DNA of 64,000 bases from Proteobacteria bacterium UBA6921 (GTDB taxonomy: Bacteria > Pseudomonadota > Gammaproteobacteria > SG8-11): contig DKAR01000108.1 in NCBI GenBank assembly GCA_002450895.1, forward strand, positions 169 through 64,168, in the 5' to 3' direction. Position numbers and translations under genes: made by a program. Positions 51,996-61,149 of this stretch are shown in pieces. The notes under the pieces are model-generated. The model was not told the origin of the DNA, did not search any database, and was given only the letters and a program-made list of their open reading frames with translations. How positions within the stretch are numbered: position 1 is the stretch's first letter; each line of letters opens with the position of its first letter.

Positions 51996-52898
51996 CTACT
52001 TTGTATCGAGCGTGCCACCCGGCAGGAACTGCCAAGTTCGCGTAATGTGAAGGACGTCGAATTCCTTCCGGAACGAAGCAGGAAACGCGGCGAACGGCGC
52101 CGCGAGGTGAACAATGCGCAGCGCGGCATCGTCGAGAATCCGGTTTCCGGAAGAACGACGAATTTGCACGTCGACAATCGTGCCATCGGGCTGGATCGCG
52201 ACGTCCAGAATCAGATCACCTTTGATATTGCGACGCTTGGCTTCGTCGGGAAAGTTCATCGCGCCAATTTTTTCGACCTTGCGCGCCCAGTCGGTGATGT
52301 AGGCGGCGTACTTGTATTCTTTGGCACTGGCGGCCGAGAGAAATTTGTTGCGCGGGCGCTTTGCATAGATTTCCTGCATCTCGCTCAACTCGGCGCTCAG
52401 GCGCGCGATCTGTTCGCCACGCTGCACCAGTTCTGCGGCCGTCGGTGTCTTCACGTCCGGAATCTCCGGCAGTTCCTGTTTCTTGGTGGAAACCGACCAG
52501 TTGGATTCATGGGCCGTCATCAGCTCGCGGTCCATGTTTTCCGGTTTTGGTTGTTCCTTGAGTTGCGGCATGAATTCCGGTGCGCTGTTGTTGTCCGCCG
52601 TGGTAAACGGCGAAGGCGTCAGTGTACTCGGGCGACGCTTGTCCTCCGCGTCGCCGCTTCCTTCCTGGCTGGACTGCGCAAGAAAGTCAGCATCCTCGGG
52701 CGCACGATCGGAGCGCGTGGGAACCAGAATGACTTCCAGTGTTGGAGCGATCTCGTCGTTATTGCTCGGATCGCTCTGTACGAAAGTCACGCCGAGAATA
52801 ATGACCGCGTTGACCACCGCGGAGATAAACAACGTGAAGCCGAACCGGTCCGAAGCGGAAATGGCCGGTGATCGGCGGGGAAGAATGGCTGTAGTCAT
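51996..52898 (-). CDS. tonB3: TonB-family energy transducer (TonB3-like: N-terminal TM anchor, Pro/Glu-rich spacer, C-terminal TonB_C domain)
   Basis: The TM segment FTLFISAVVNAVIILGVTFV is present. The C-domain is NFPDEAKRRNIKGDLILDVAIQPDGTIVDVQIRRSSGNRILDDAALRIV. It sits upstream of yqgE-ruvX, as Pseudomonas tonB3 does. Confidence 0.7.
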   Translation of the reverse strand: MTTAILPRRSPAISASDRFGFTLFISAVVNAVIILGVTFVQSDPSNNDEIAPTLEVILVPTRSDRAPEDADFLAQSSQEGSGDAEDKRRPSTLTPSPFTTADNNSAPEFMPQLKEQPKPENMDRELMTAHESNWSVSTKKQELPEIPDVKTPTAAELVQRGEQIARLSAELSEMQEIYAKRPRNKFLSAASAKEYKYAAYITDWARKVEKIGAMNFPDEAKRRNIKGDLILDVAIQPDGTIVDVQIRRSSGNRILDDAALRIVHLAAPFAAFPASFRKEFDVLHITRTWQFLPGGTLDTK

Positions 52899-53422
52899 GA
52901 ACTCGAAATTTCCAAATTTTTGATTACCGCGTGGGCCACAAGCCCACTTACGGCGCCGAACAGCATCGCCACGACTAGTAATATCGGTAGCAAGTGGAAT
53001 AAACCTTCATGCGGCACAAAAAAACGGTATGCCGCGTAAAACTGCCCTCCCATATGTGCGACTGCGGCGCTGATACTCAGCCCCACCGGCCCCAGCGACC
53101 AGGAGGGGACGGCGCGTGACCAGCGATCACCGAGGCCCAGTGCAGCCAGCGCGGCGACGGCACCGCTACAGCTGAGCAGAAATGCGGGCGAAAGAAAGGT
53201 GCCCAACAAAACCGAGCCGCCGACAATTCGCAATATCGTCACCCATGCGGCCGCGCTCCAGCCATACCGTAACAGAACGACGAGTGTGACCACGTTCGCA
53301 AGTCCAGGTTTCACTCCCGGCAGCGGACTGGGAAACGCACTCTCCAGCCAGTGGATGGCAATCGCAAGCGCGGCCAGGCCGGCAATTCGGTGATCGTCGC
53401 GCGTTGTGGGTATGGAAATCAC
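52895..53422 (-). CDS. Gx-transporter / heptaprenyl-diphosphate-synthase-component-I-like small polytopic membrane protein
   Basis: The protein is 175 aa with ~5 TM helices. The family assignment is from memory of the ApbE-associated family. Confidence 0.5.
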   Translation of the reverse strand: MISIPTTRDDHRIAGLAALAIAIHWLESAFPSPLPGVKPGLANVVTLVVLLRYGWSAAAWVTILRIVGGSVLLGTFLSPAFLLSCSGAVAALAALGLGDRWSRAVPSWSLGPVGLSISAAVAHMGGQFYAAYRFFVPHEGLFHLLPILLVVAMLFGAVSGLVAHAVIKNLEISSS

Positions 53423-53494
53423 GGGAAGGCAGGGCGGCGCGCGGTCGTCTGCGTCGCCGACGCGTCCTTGCGGTGATGGCGAACTCGCGAATTC

Positions 53495-53908
53495 TTAAAA
53501 GTTGATCGAATCATAATACGTTCCGCCTGCTCCCTGTCCCAACACCACCAGACTGACGCGATTAGGCACGCAGGCAATAAATTCTCCGCCCCGATGCGCC
53601 CATCCGGAGTGGACGCACTGTTGGCCCGCACACGGTGAGCGAACGAAACGGATGCGTCCGTCGCGAACTTCAATCTCGCTGTCACCGAGCGGACCGGGAA
53701 CGTGATAGGTCTGGTTTTTTTGCAGCGAGACCAGTGCAAACTCCCGGGCACCCGCGTTGATACGTGCTTGGGTGCCTTCGCTTCCAACAACGCCGTAACG
53801 TGAAAACAGCAGAGGGATTGCAATGACACATGCCAGTAGTACCAGGTAATCCCCGCGCTTAAGCAATGCGCCTTTCTTTTGCGCCGAGTTCTCGTCAACG
53901 TGACTCAC
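53495..53908 (-). CDS. NusG-domain-II-like (DUF1312) small membrane-anchored protein
   Basis: It has an N-terminal TM and a ~100-aa beta-rich domain. It sits between ApbE and the Gx-like gene, an arrangement I recall as conserved. Confidence 0.45.
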   Translation of the reverse strand: MSHVDENSAQKKGALLKRGDYLVLLACVIAIPLLFSRYGVVGSEGTQARINAGAREFALVSLQKNQTYHVPGPLGDSEIEVRDGRIRFVRSPCAGQQCVHSGWAHRGGEFIACVPNRVSLVVLGQGAGGTYYDSINF

Positions 53909-53915
53909 GTTTCGT

Positions 53916-54956
53916 TCAGCCCGGCGTATCGACGATGACGACTTGCGGCGCCGGATCGATTTCGAATTTTACGCGCGCCGCCATGCTTGAATTCATATGA
54001 ACGCGTCCCTGATCGTCCACCAGCATCACGCTTTTCACGCCCATGCGCCGGGCGACCTCCTGCCAGTCGTTGACGCCGGCAATCATCAGCGCCGTTGCTG
54101 CGGCATCCGCCACGGCGGCCGTCGGATGAATCACAGTCACGGACGTGACGCCACGCGAAGGATAACCGGTGCGTGGATCGAGAATGTGGTGATAGCGTTT
54201 GCCCTGGTAAAGAAAGTAGCGCTCATAGTCGCCGGACGTCACCAGGCTTTCGTCGCCGCGCATCAAAACCGAGGCGATAACGCCTTCGCCACGCGGATTG
54301 CGAATTCCGATTCGCCACGGACGATCCTCGTGTTGCCCAATAATGCGGACATCGCCGCTGACATTGACGATCGCGTTCTTGATGCCGCGCTGTTTGAAGC
54401 GTTCGATAATCCGGTCTGCGGCGTACCCCTGGCCGTACGCGCCAAAATCAAGTTTCACGTGAGGATTCACGCTTTCGAGTTCGATGCCATGGATGCGCAC
54501 GTCGGACATTTGCGGTTTGCCGGCGAGAACGCGCGCGATGTCCGCGTCGGAGGGCGGTGGTCCCATCGGCGGGTCGTCCGACTCGAATCCCCACAACGCG
54601 AACAATTCCCCGAGGGCCGGATTGAACAATCCGCCGCTTTGTTCCGACAGTTGTGTGGTCTGCTCGATCAGCGGCAGGACCAGTGGCGATGATGTGAACT
54701 TTCCGCCCAGTGCCAACAACGAATTGATTCGCCCCAGTGTTCCGGGATGCCACGCGTGCAATGCGGCGTCGAGGTAGGCCAGGTCTTCAATCGCTTCATC
54801 CACAGCGGCGCGCGCGTCAGCTTCAGGGATGCCTTCGATCGTGAACTCGACGGTTGAGCCCATCGCGAAGGTGGAATGCTTGAACGGTGGCGGCGGCGAA
54901 CTGCATCCGCTGACGAATGCAACGCAGGCACCCAGCAGGATTGCTAACGATCGCAC
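53916..54956 (-). CDS. apbE: FAD:protein FMN transferase (ApbE family lipoprotein)
   Basis: The lipobox is VSGC. The ApbE motifs DFGAYGQGYAAD, TSGDYERY and DAAATAL are present. Confidence 0.85.
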   Translation of the reverse strand: MRSLAILLGACVAFVSGCSSPPPPFKHSTFAMGSTVEFTIEGIPEADARAAVDEAIEDLAYLDAALHAWHPGTLGRINSLLALGGKFTSSPLVLPLIEQTTQLSEQSGGLFNPALGELFALWGFESDDPPMGPPPSDADIARVLAGKPQMSDVRIHGIELESVNPHVKLDFGAYGQGYAADRIIERFKQRGIKNAIVNVSGDVRIIGQHEDRPWRIGIRNPRGEGVIASVLMRGDESLVTSGDYERYFLYQGKRYHHILDPRTGYPSRGVTSVTVIHPTAAVADAAATALMIAGVNDWQEVARRMGVKSVMLVDDQGRVHMNSSMAARVKFEIDPAPQVVIVDTPG

Positions 54957-54984
54957 GGGAAGAACAACTCCTTCACAACCGCCG

Positions 54985-56301
54985 TCAGAGCGCCGCTTCG
55001 CGCGCGGCGGCGATCAGGGCCAGGCGGGCTACAACGCCGTAGGCGTAAAACCGATTGACGTTTGCATCGGGATCCAGCGACGTGTCCGGTGCGTTGCACG
55101 GTTGCGCAAAGACCAGGGGACGGAATTCCATGCCCGGTGCATTCAGGCTTTCGTCGTCACCGCGCGCGTTGTGCACGCGATAAAATCCGCCCACGACAAA
55201 GTGGTCAATCATGTAAACGACCGGCTCGCATGCGGCACCGTCCCAGTTCTCAAACGTGTAGACGCCTTCCTGTAGAATGACTTTGGAAACAAGCTGACCG
55301 CCCTTTGACGCCGCCATCTTTGTGCGCTGCTTTCGATTGAGCACATACACTTCGTCCGGAGAATGGACCGACATTACACCCATTCCATACGTGCCCTGAT
55401 CGGCCTTCATCACGACAAAGGGTTTGCGGTCCAGTTTGTACTCGTCGTACTTAAGCTGGATCGCCTTAAGCAACACGTCCACATTGCGCGCCAGGCAGTC
55501 TTCACCCTCGCGCTTCATGAAATCGATTTCGCCGCAGTTGCGGAACAGCGGATCAAAAAACCACGGATCGATTTCCACCAGGTCCGCGAACTCTTGCGCG
55601 ACATCGCGATAGTGATTGAAGTGCGAAGACTTCAATCGGCTCCACCATCCAAGATTCGGCGAAGGGATGACGGGTTGTTCAATGTTTTCGAGCAGCGCGG
55701 GCCGTCCGTCCGACAAATCGTTATTGAGCAGCACCGAACAGGGATCGAAGTCCGCCAGGTGCAGGCGATTTTTCGTGCGTCTCAACGGTTCGAGCGTCAG
55801 TTGCCGGCCCGAAGGGAGGTCGATTTTCTGCGGCGCGGAAAGATCCTGAATCAAGGAACCCACCCGCACTTCAAAGCCGGCTTTACCGACGATGTCCACC
55901 AGGCTCGCGACGCTTTCAAGGTAATGCAAATTGCGGGTGTGACTTTCCGGAATCAGCAGGATCTTCGCGGCCGTCGGACAGACCCGCTCGGTTGCCGCTT
56001 GCACCGCCTGAATGCACAGCGTCTCAAACGCCGGATTAAGATTGTTGAATCCACCGGGAAACAGATTGGTGTCGACCGGCGCAAGCTTAAAGCCGGAATT
56101 GCGCAGGTCGACCGAGCAATAAAACGGCGCGGGCGTCTTGCGCCACTGCTCGCGAAACCAGTGTTCGATCGCCGGTTGGCGGTCAAGAATGTGTCGCTCA
56201 AGCTCGAGCAACGGTCCTGTGAGGGCGGTGGTAAGGTTTGGTACTGACGCAACCTGAATTGTGCCCATGGATACAGCTTCCTCACGGTTTTTGTACGCCA
56301 C
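54985..56301 (-). CDS. putative glutamate-cysteine ligase of the rare proteobacterial (T. ferrooxidans-type) family; assignment uncertain
   Basis: The motifs FYCSVDLRNSGFKLAPVDTNLFPGGFNNL and PFVVMKADQGTYGMGV match my recollection of this family. The gene occupies the locus where Pseudomonas has gshB. Confidence 0.45.
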   Translation of the reverse strand: MAYKNREEAVSMGTIQVASVPNLTTALTGPLLELERHILDRQPAIEHWFREQWRKTPAPFYCSVDLRNSGFKLAPVDTNLFPGGFNNLNPAFETLCIQAVQAATERVCPTAAKILLIPESHTRNLHYLESVASLVDIVGKAGFEVRVGSLIQDLSAPQKIDLPSGRQLTLEPLRRTKNRLHLADFDPCSVLLNNDLSDGRPALLENIEQPVIPSPNLGWWSRLKSSHFNHYRDVAQEFADLVEIDPWFFDPLFRNCGEIDFMKREGEDCLARNVDVLLKAIQLKYDEYKLDRKPFVVMKADQGTYGMGVMSVHSPDEVYVLNRKQRTKMAASKGGQLVSKVILQEGVYTFENWDGAACEPVVYMIDHFVVGGFYRVHNARGDDESLNAPGMEFRPLVFAQPCNAPDTSLDPDANVNRFYAYGVVARLALIAAAREAAL

Positions 56302-56609
56302 GCCGGGCCGCGCTAATGTTGGCGCGCTTCCGTGCCGATACCCAACGCGTGAAATGGAATATAGTCCAATAGTGTGCTAAATAAACTGAACGATGCTAGG
56401 TTCTGCCGCATGGAAGGCGCCAGATTCATGATCGCGTTAAATATCTCGCCGTTACCGGTCGTTAATATAGCAAGCGTTCGCGTCAGTTGATGTTCGGGCA
56501 GTCCGCGCATGGATCGGCCGTGACCCGGTCGTGTCCGGGATGTGCCAGCGATCATTATGCAACTGCGGGACTTTGAGGTCGATTGCAGCAGCCGTACGAG
56601 GTGGCGGAA

Positions 56610-57005
56610 GTGAGCGAAAGTCAGGAAGTCGGATTTAGCGGCATCAAGGTAATGATCATCGACGATAGCAAGACGATTCGTCGAACGGCTGAGACCTTAC
56701 TTAAGAAAGAAGGTTGCGACGTCATCACCGCGACCGATGGATTCGAGGCGTTGTCGAAAATAACCGACAGTCGCCCCGATATCATTTTCATCGACATCAT
56801 GATGCCACGCCTGGACGGTTACCAGACGTGTGCGCTGATCAAGCGCAACAAGAGTTACAAGGATACGCCGGTGATTTTGCTCACCAGCAAGGACGGGCTG
56901 TTCGATCGTGCGCGCGGCCGGATCGTTGGTTCCGATCAGTACCTGACGAAGCCGTTCACCCGCGAGGAGTTGCTTGGCGCGATCAAGGAGTACGTCAAGA
57001 AGTAG
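56610..57005 (+). CDS. pilG: twitching-motility response regulator PilG (CheY-like)
   Basis: The sequence KVMIIDDSKTIRRTAETLLKKEGC is near-identical in pattern to Pseudomonas PilG. I chose a GTG start with a GAGG RBS; the ORF could extend to 56583. Confidence 0.85.
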   Translation: MSESQEVGFSGIKVMIIDDSKTIRRTAETLLKKEGCDVITATDGFEALSKITDSRPDIIFIDIMMPRLDGYQTCALIKRNKSYKDTPVILLTSKDGLFDRARGRIVGSDQYLTKPFTREELLGAIKEYVKK

Positions 57006-57051
57006 TTAACGCTGAACCACGCAAACGAGATTTGTTGAAACGGAGAAGACC

Positions 57052-57417
57052 ATGGCCACAGTTTTAATCGTCGACGATTCACCCACGGAAGTGCACGTGT
57101 TGAAGACGATGCTTGAAAAGAACGGATACAGCGTCATCACCGCCACCAGCGGTGAGCAGGGTATCGCGGTTGCCAAGGAACGGAAGCCGGACCTCGTCCT
57201 GATGGACATCGTCATGCCCGGACTGAACGGGTTCCAGGCCACGCGCCAGCTGACGACGAATCCGGAAACCGCTCATATCCCGGTCATCATCGTGACGACC
57301 AAGAATCAGGAGACCGACCGCGTGTGGGGTTTGCGGCAAGGCGCCAAGGATTACGTCACCAAGCCGGCGAATGAGCAGGAGCTGATCGGCAAAATTCGCA
57401 CCGCGATGGGTGGCTAG
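57052..57417 (+). CDS. pilH: twitching-motility response regulator PilH (CheY-like)
   Basis: It is a single REC domain (VLIVDDSPTE, DIVMPG, KP) immediately after pilG. Confidence 0.85.
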   Translation: MATVLIVDDSPTEVHVLKTMLEKNGYSVITATSGEQGIAVAKERKPDLVLMDIVMPGLNGFQATRQLTTNPETAHIPVIIVTTKNQETDRVWGLRQGAKDYVTKPANEQELIGKIRTAMGG

Positions 57418-57435
57418 TCCGAGAGATTGAGAATT

Positions 57436-57981
57436 ATGAGCCGGGCGAAACACTCCCATCCGTTCGAGTTACTGCGCGCACTGGAAGAAAAATACCAGGG
57501 CTCGGCCGCAGGCTTGCCGCAGCAGCGCGAAATCAAAAAGCCGTGGACGGGAATCGGTTTTCGAATCGGCGATGTTAATCTGGTGGCCGGCGTGGACGAC
57601 GTCCACGAAATCCTTTATTACCCGCGCCTCACTGTTATTCCCGGCACCAAAGGTTGGGTGCGCGGAATGGCGAATGTCCGCGGTACGTTGCTGCCGATCA
57701 TCGATCTGAAGCAGTTTCTGGGTCAGCCGCCGGTGACGATACACGCCCGCTCGCGCGTGCTGGTCGTCCAATACGGCGAATTGAGCGCCGGGCTCCTGGT
57801 CGATCAGGTCGCAGGACTAAAACACTTTCACGAAGATCATGTGCGGAAGATGAACGGGGCCGCGTACGAAGCCCTCACGCAATATCTGAAGGGAGCCTAC
57901 CAGCAACAAGATGTGGACTGGTACGTATTCAGTTTCAGGGAGCTGGTCGAAAATCCGGACTTTATACGAATCGCCGCGTAG
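57436..57981 (+). CDS. pilI: CheW-like coupling protein PilI
   Basis: A CheW domain is present. Its position between pilH and pilJ fits pilI. Confidence 0.8.
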   Translation: MSRAKHSHPFELLRALEEKYQGSAAGLPQQREIKKPWTGIGFRIGDVNLVAGVDDVHEILYYPRLTVIPGTKGWVRGMANVRGTLLPIIDLKQFLGQPPVTIHARSRVLVVQYGELSAGLLVDQVAGLKHFHEDHVRKMNGAAYEALTQYLKGAYQQQDVDWYVFSFRELVENPDFIRIAA

Positions 57982-58068
57982 CGGCGTATTCCGCGATTTT
58001 GCTAAAGCTTTCTCATCATAGGCCGTAATTACCGAACAATGACCCATTGGGCTTAGGGAGCCGTGAGT

Positions 58069-60159
58069 ATGAAGAACGTCAGCGCGAAGACCGCGAAAAT
58101 GAAACAAGCGATGTCGGTGGGCGGCGGTATGGCCCAGCGATTATTGGAAAACAAGCGTCAGGCGCTCTTCGGCGCGGGCCTGCTTGTATTCATCCTCGCG
58201 ATGTTCATCACCTTCGTCTACGTCGGTATCCAGTCCGGCTACGATAAGGAATACATCACCAAAGCGGGCGAACTCCGCGTGTTGTCGCAGAACATCGTGA
58301 AGAACGCGGCTGAAGCCTCCTCTGCAAACGTCGAAGCGTTCCCGCTGCTGAGCGAATCGCGCAACAGCTTCCAGACCATTCTGGATAACTTGCAGAACGG
58401 CGACTCCGAGAGGGGAACTCCAAAGGCACCGAAAAAGGTTGGTGAGAACCTGGATGCGGTGGCCAAGCGCTGGGTTGCTTTCCGCGACGGCGCTGACCAG
58501 ATTCTGAAAGCCGAAGGCGCGATCCGCCAGATCAACGAATTTGTCGCACACATCAACAACTCGATGCCGAACCTGCTCGCGCTGTCAGACGAAGTCGTGC
58601 AGATCATGATCGACATTAACGCCAAACCGCAGCAGGTTTACATCGCATCCCGTCAGTTGATGTTGTCGCAACGTATGTCGTTCAACGTCAGCAAGATCCT
58701 GCAAGGTGGCCAGGGCGCCGCGACCGCTGCCGACCGATTCGGCCGTGACGCCGCACTGTTCGGCAAGGTTCTCGAAGCGATGCTCAAGGGCAACAAGACG
58801 ATGAGCATTGCAAAGATTTCCGACCCCGATGCACTGGAAAAACTGCAGGAAGTCACCGAGGCGTATTCGGAAGTGAGCGTGCTGGTCACGAAGATTCTGG
58901 AAAAGACGCCGGACCTGTTCAAGGCGCAGGAATCCGCGAGCGTGATGTTCACGGAATCAGAAGCCTTCCTGAAAGATACCACCGACCTGAACTCCGGTTT
59001 CGTCGGCCTCGGCGAATCGCGCGGCGCGCAATCAACCCTGGGCGGTGCGTTCGGACTGCTGGCGGTTGCCATGCTCGTCTTGCTGGGTATCGAACTGAAC
59101 AAGGAAACGCAGGTTCGTCTGCGTGAAACGCAGGACCGCAACCGCGAAACGGAACGCCAGAACAAGGAAAACCAGGAAGCCATTATGCGACTGCTCGATG
59201 AAATCGGCGGCCTCGCTGACGGTGACCTGACAACCCACGCGACGGTGAGCGAAAACTTCACGGGCGCCATCGCCGACGCTATCAACTTCGCCATCGACGC
59301 GTTGCGCAAACTGGTCACCACGATTAACGAAACGACCGTGCAGGTCTCTGCGGCGGCCCAGGAAACGCAGGCAACGGCGATGCATCTTGCCGAAGCTTCC
59401 GATCACCAAGCCCAGCAGATTACCGCGGTGTCTGCGGCCGTGAACGAAATGGCAGCGTCAATTGAACAAGTGTCGAATAACGCTATTTCATCCACCGAGG
59501 TTGCGCAAAAGGCCGTTAATATCGCCAACAAGGGCGCCACGGCGGTGCAAAACACGGTTAAAGGTATGGACTCGATTCGCGAATCGATCCAGGAAACCTC
59601 CAAGCGTATTAAACGTCTGGGTGAAAGCTCGCAGGAAATCGGCGACATCATCGAACTGATTTCCGACATCGCCGACCAAACGAACATTCTGGCCTTGAAC
59701 GCGGCGATTCAGGCCGCCATGGCCGGTGAAGCGGGCCGCGGTTTCGCGGTCGTCGCGGACGAAGTCCAACGCCTTGCTGAACGCGCCACCGACGCTACGA
59801 AACAGATTGAAAGCCTGGTGCGCACCATTCAGTCCGACACCAAGGAAGCCGTGTCGTCGATGGAACAATCGACGTCGGGCGTGGTGAACGGAGCGAAGCT
59901 GGCGCAAAACGCCGGTGAATCGCTGACCGAAATTGAATCCGTGTCGCACCACCTCGCAGACATCATTCAAAACATTACGGACGCCGCGCAACAACAGGCC
60001 ACAGCGGCGACCAGCATCTCCGAAACGATGAACGTGATTCAGGAAGTCACCACGCAAACCTCGGCCGGTACCAACGAAACCGCGGTATCGATCGGAAACC
60101 TCGCCGAACTGGCGAACGAGCTGCGTAAGTCCGTTTCGGGCTTCAAGCTGCCGGCGTAA
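58069..60159 (+). CDS. pilJ: methyl-accepting chemotaxis protein PilJ
   Basis: It has a large periplasmic sensor between two TM segments and the MCP tip [33 protein letters not shown]. Confidence 0.85.
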   Translation: MKNVSAKTAKMKQAMSVGGGMAQRLLENKRQALFGAGLLVFILAMFITFVYVGIQSGYDKEYITKAGELRVLSQNIVKNAAEASSANVEAFPLLSESRNSFQTILDNLQNGDSERGTPKAPKKVGENLDAVAKRWVAFRDGADQILKAEGAIRQINEFVAHINNSMPNLLALSDEVVQIMIDINAKPQQVYIASRQLMLSQRMSFNVSKILQGGQGAATAADRFGRDAALFGKVLEAMLKGNKTMSIAKISDPDALEKLQEVTEAYSEVSVLVTKILEKTPDLFKAQESASVMFTESEAFLKDTTDLNSGFVGLGESRGAQSTLGGAFGLLAVAMLVLLGIELNKETQVRLRETQDRNRETERQNKENQEAIMRLLDEIGGLADGDLTTHATVSENFTGAIADAINFAIDALRKLVTTINETTVQVSAAAQETQATAMHLAEASDHQAQQITAVSAAVNEMAASIEQVSNNAISSTEVAQKAVNIANKGATAVQNTVKGMDSIRESIQETSKRIKRLGESSQEIGDIIELISDIADQTNILALNAAIQAAMAGEAGRGFAVVADEVQRLAERATDATKQIESLVRTIQSDTKEAVSSMEQSTSGVVNGAKLAQNAGESLTEIESVSHHLADIIQNITDAAQQQATAATSISETMNVIQEVTTQTSAGTNETAVSIGNLAELANELRKSVSGFKLPA

Positions 60160-60249
60160 TCGCAAAAGTTCGCGCTGCATACGCGGCGCGAACCTTCGGC
60201 CGCGCGCCTCGTTCGCGTGCCGTTGAACGCACAAGAAGGCGCGTAAACG

Positions 60250-61140
60250 ATGGCAAGTTCTCTTGCGGCACACGCAGACTTCGACATGAGCTCCGCTCCA
60301 AACGACGACGTGGAATTCACGCAATGGGTGGAATTGCTCAGTCAGCGCATTGGATTGCGCGACGCGCACATTCGCCGCTCTTTCCTGGATCAATGCATCG
60401 GCCGGCGCATGCAACAGTGCCGGGCGAAATCCCGTCGCGAATACTATGAGTTACTTTCCGACGGTTCCGCCGGGCAAAAAGAATGGGAAGGCCTCATTCA
60501 GCTGCTGCCGTTGCACGAAACACGATTCATGCGTCACGAGAGTTCGCTCCGCCTGGTCCGCGACTATGTTGGCCGGGTGGCAAAAGATCCGTCCCGTGCG
60601 GGACAGCCGGTCACGCTTTGGAGCGCCGGATGCTCGACGGGTGAAGAGAGCTACTCGCTCGCAATTACGGCCCTGGATGCCGTGGCGGATGCCGGATCGA
60701 CACTTGAAGTTCAGGTTATCGGCAGTGACCTGTGTCGCAGCTCCCTCGACGTGGGACGCAAGGGGGTCTACTCGAAGCGCCAGATGACGAATCTGGCCGC
60801 AGGACAAATCGAGAGCTATTTCGACCCGGTGGATACGGACAGCTACGAGGTGAATACACGGCTCCGGAGCGTGGTCCGGTTCGTGCCGATTAACCTTGTT
60901 GAGGAACGCACCGATACAGGTCATGTCGGGATGGTCGATGTGGCGTTTTGCCAGAATGTATTGATCTATTTCGACAATGACACGCGGGCGCGTGTCTGCA
61001 ACCGCATTGCGGAGCATGTGCTCCCGGGCGGCCTTTTGGTTTTGGGCGCCGGGGAAATCCTGCGCTGGAATCACGCGCAGCTAAAACGCGCGGGCGACGA
61101 CGACACGCTCGCATATCAGAAACTTTCTACAGTGGTGTAG
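60250..61140 (+). CDS. pilK: chemotaxis protein methyltransferase (CheR-like) PilK
   Basis: The CheR SAM-binding region (WSAGCSTGEESYSLAI, DVAFCQNVLIYFD) is present. Confidence 0.8.
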   Translation: MASSLAAHADFDMSSAPNDDVEFTQWVELLSQRIGLRDAHIRRSFLDQCIGRRMQQCRAKSRREYYELLSDGSAGQKEWEGLIQLLPLHETRFMRHESSLRLVRDYVGRVAKDPSRAGQPVTLWSAGCSTGEESYSLAITALDAVADAGSTLEVQVIGSDLCRSSLDVGRKGVYSKRQMTNLAAGQIESYFDPVDTDSYEVNTRLRSVVRFVPINLVEERTDTGHVGMVDVAFCQNVLIYFDNDTRARVCNRIAEHVLPGGLLVLGAGEILRWNHAQLKRAGDDDTLAYQKLSTVV

Positions 61141-61149
61141 GACGTGAGC

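Noticed and set aside
56313-56555. 80-aa minus-strand ORF in the gshA-pilG intergenic region
   Set aside because: It lies in an AT-richer promoter region and has no RBS or motif. It is more likely a regulatory region for pilG.
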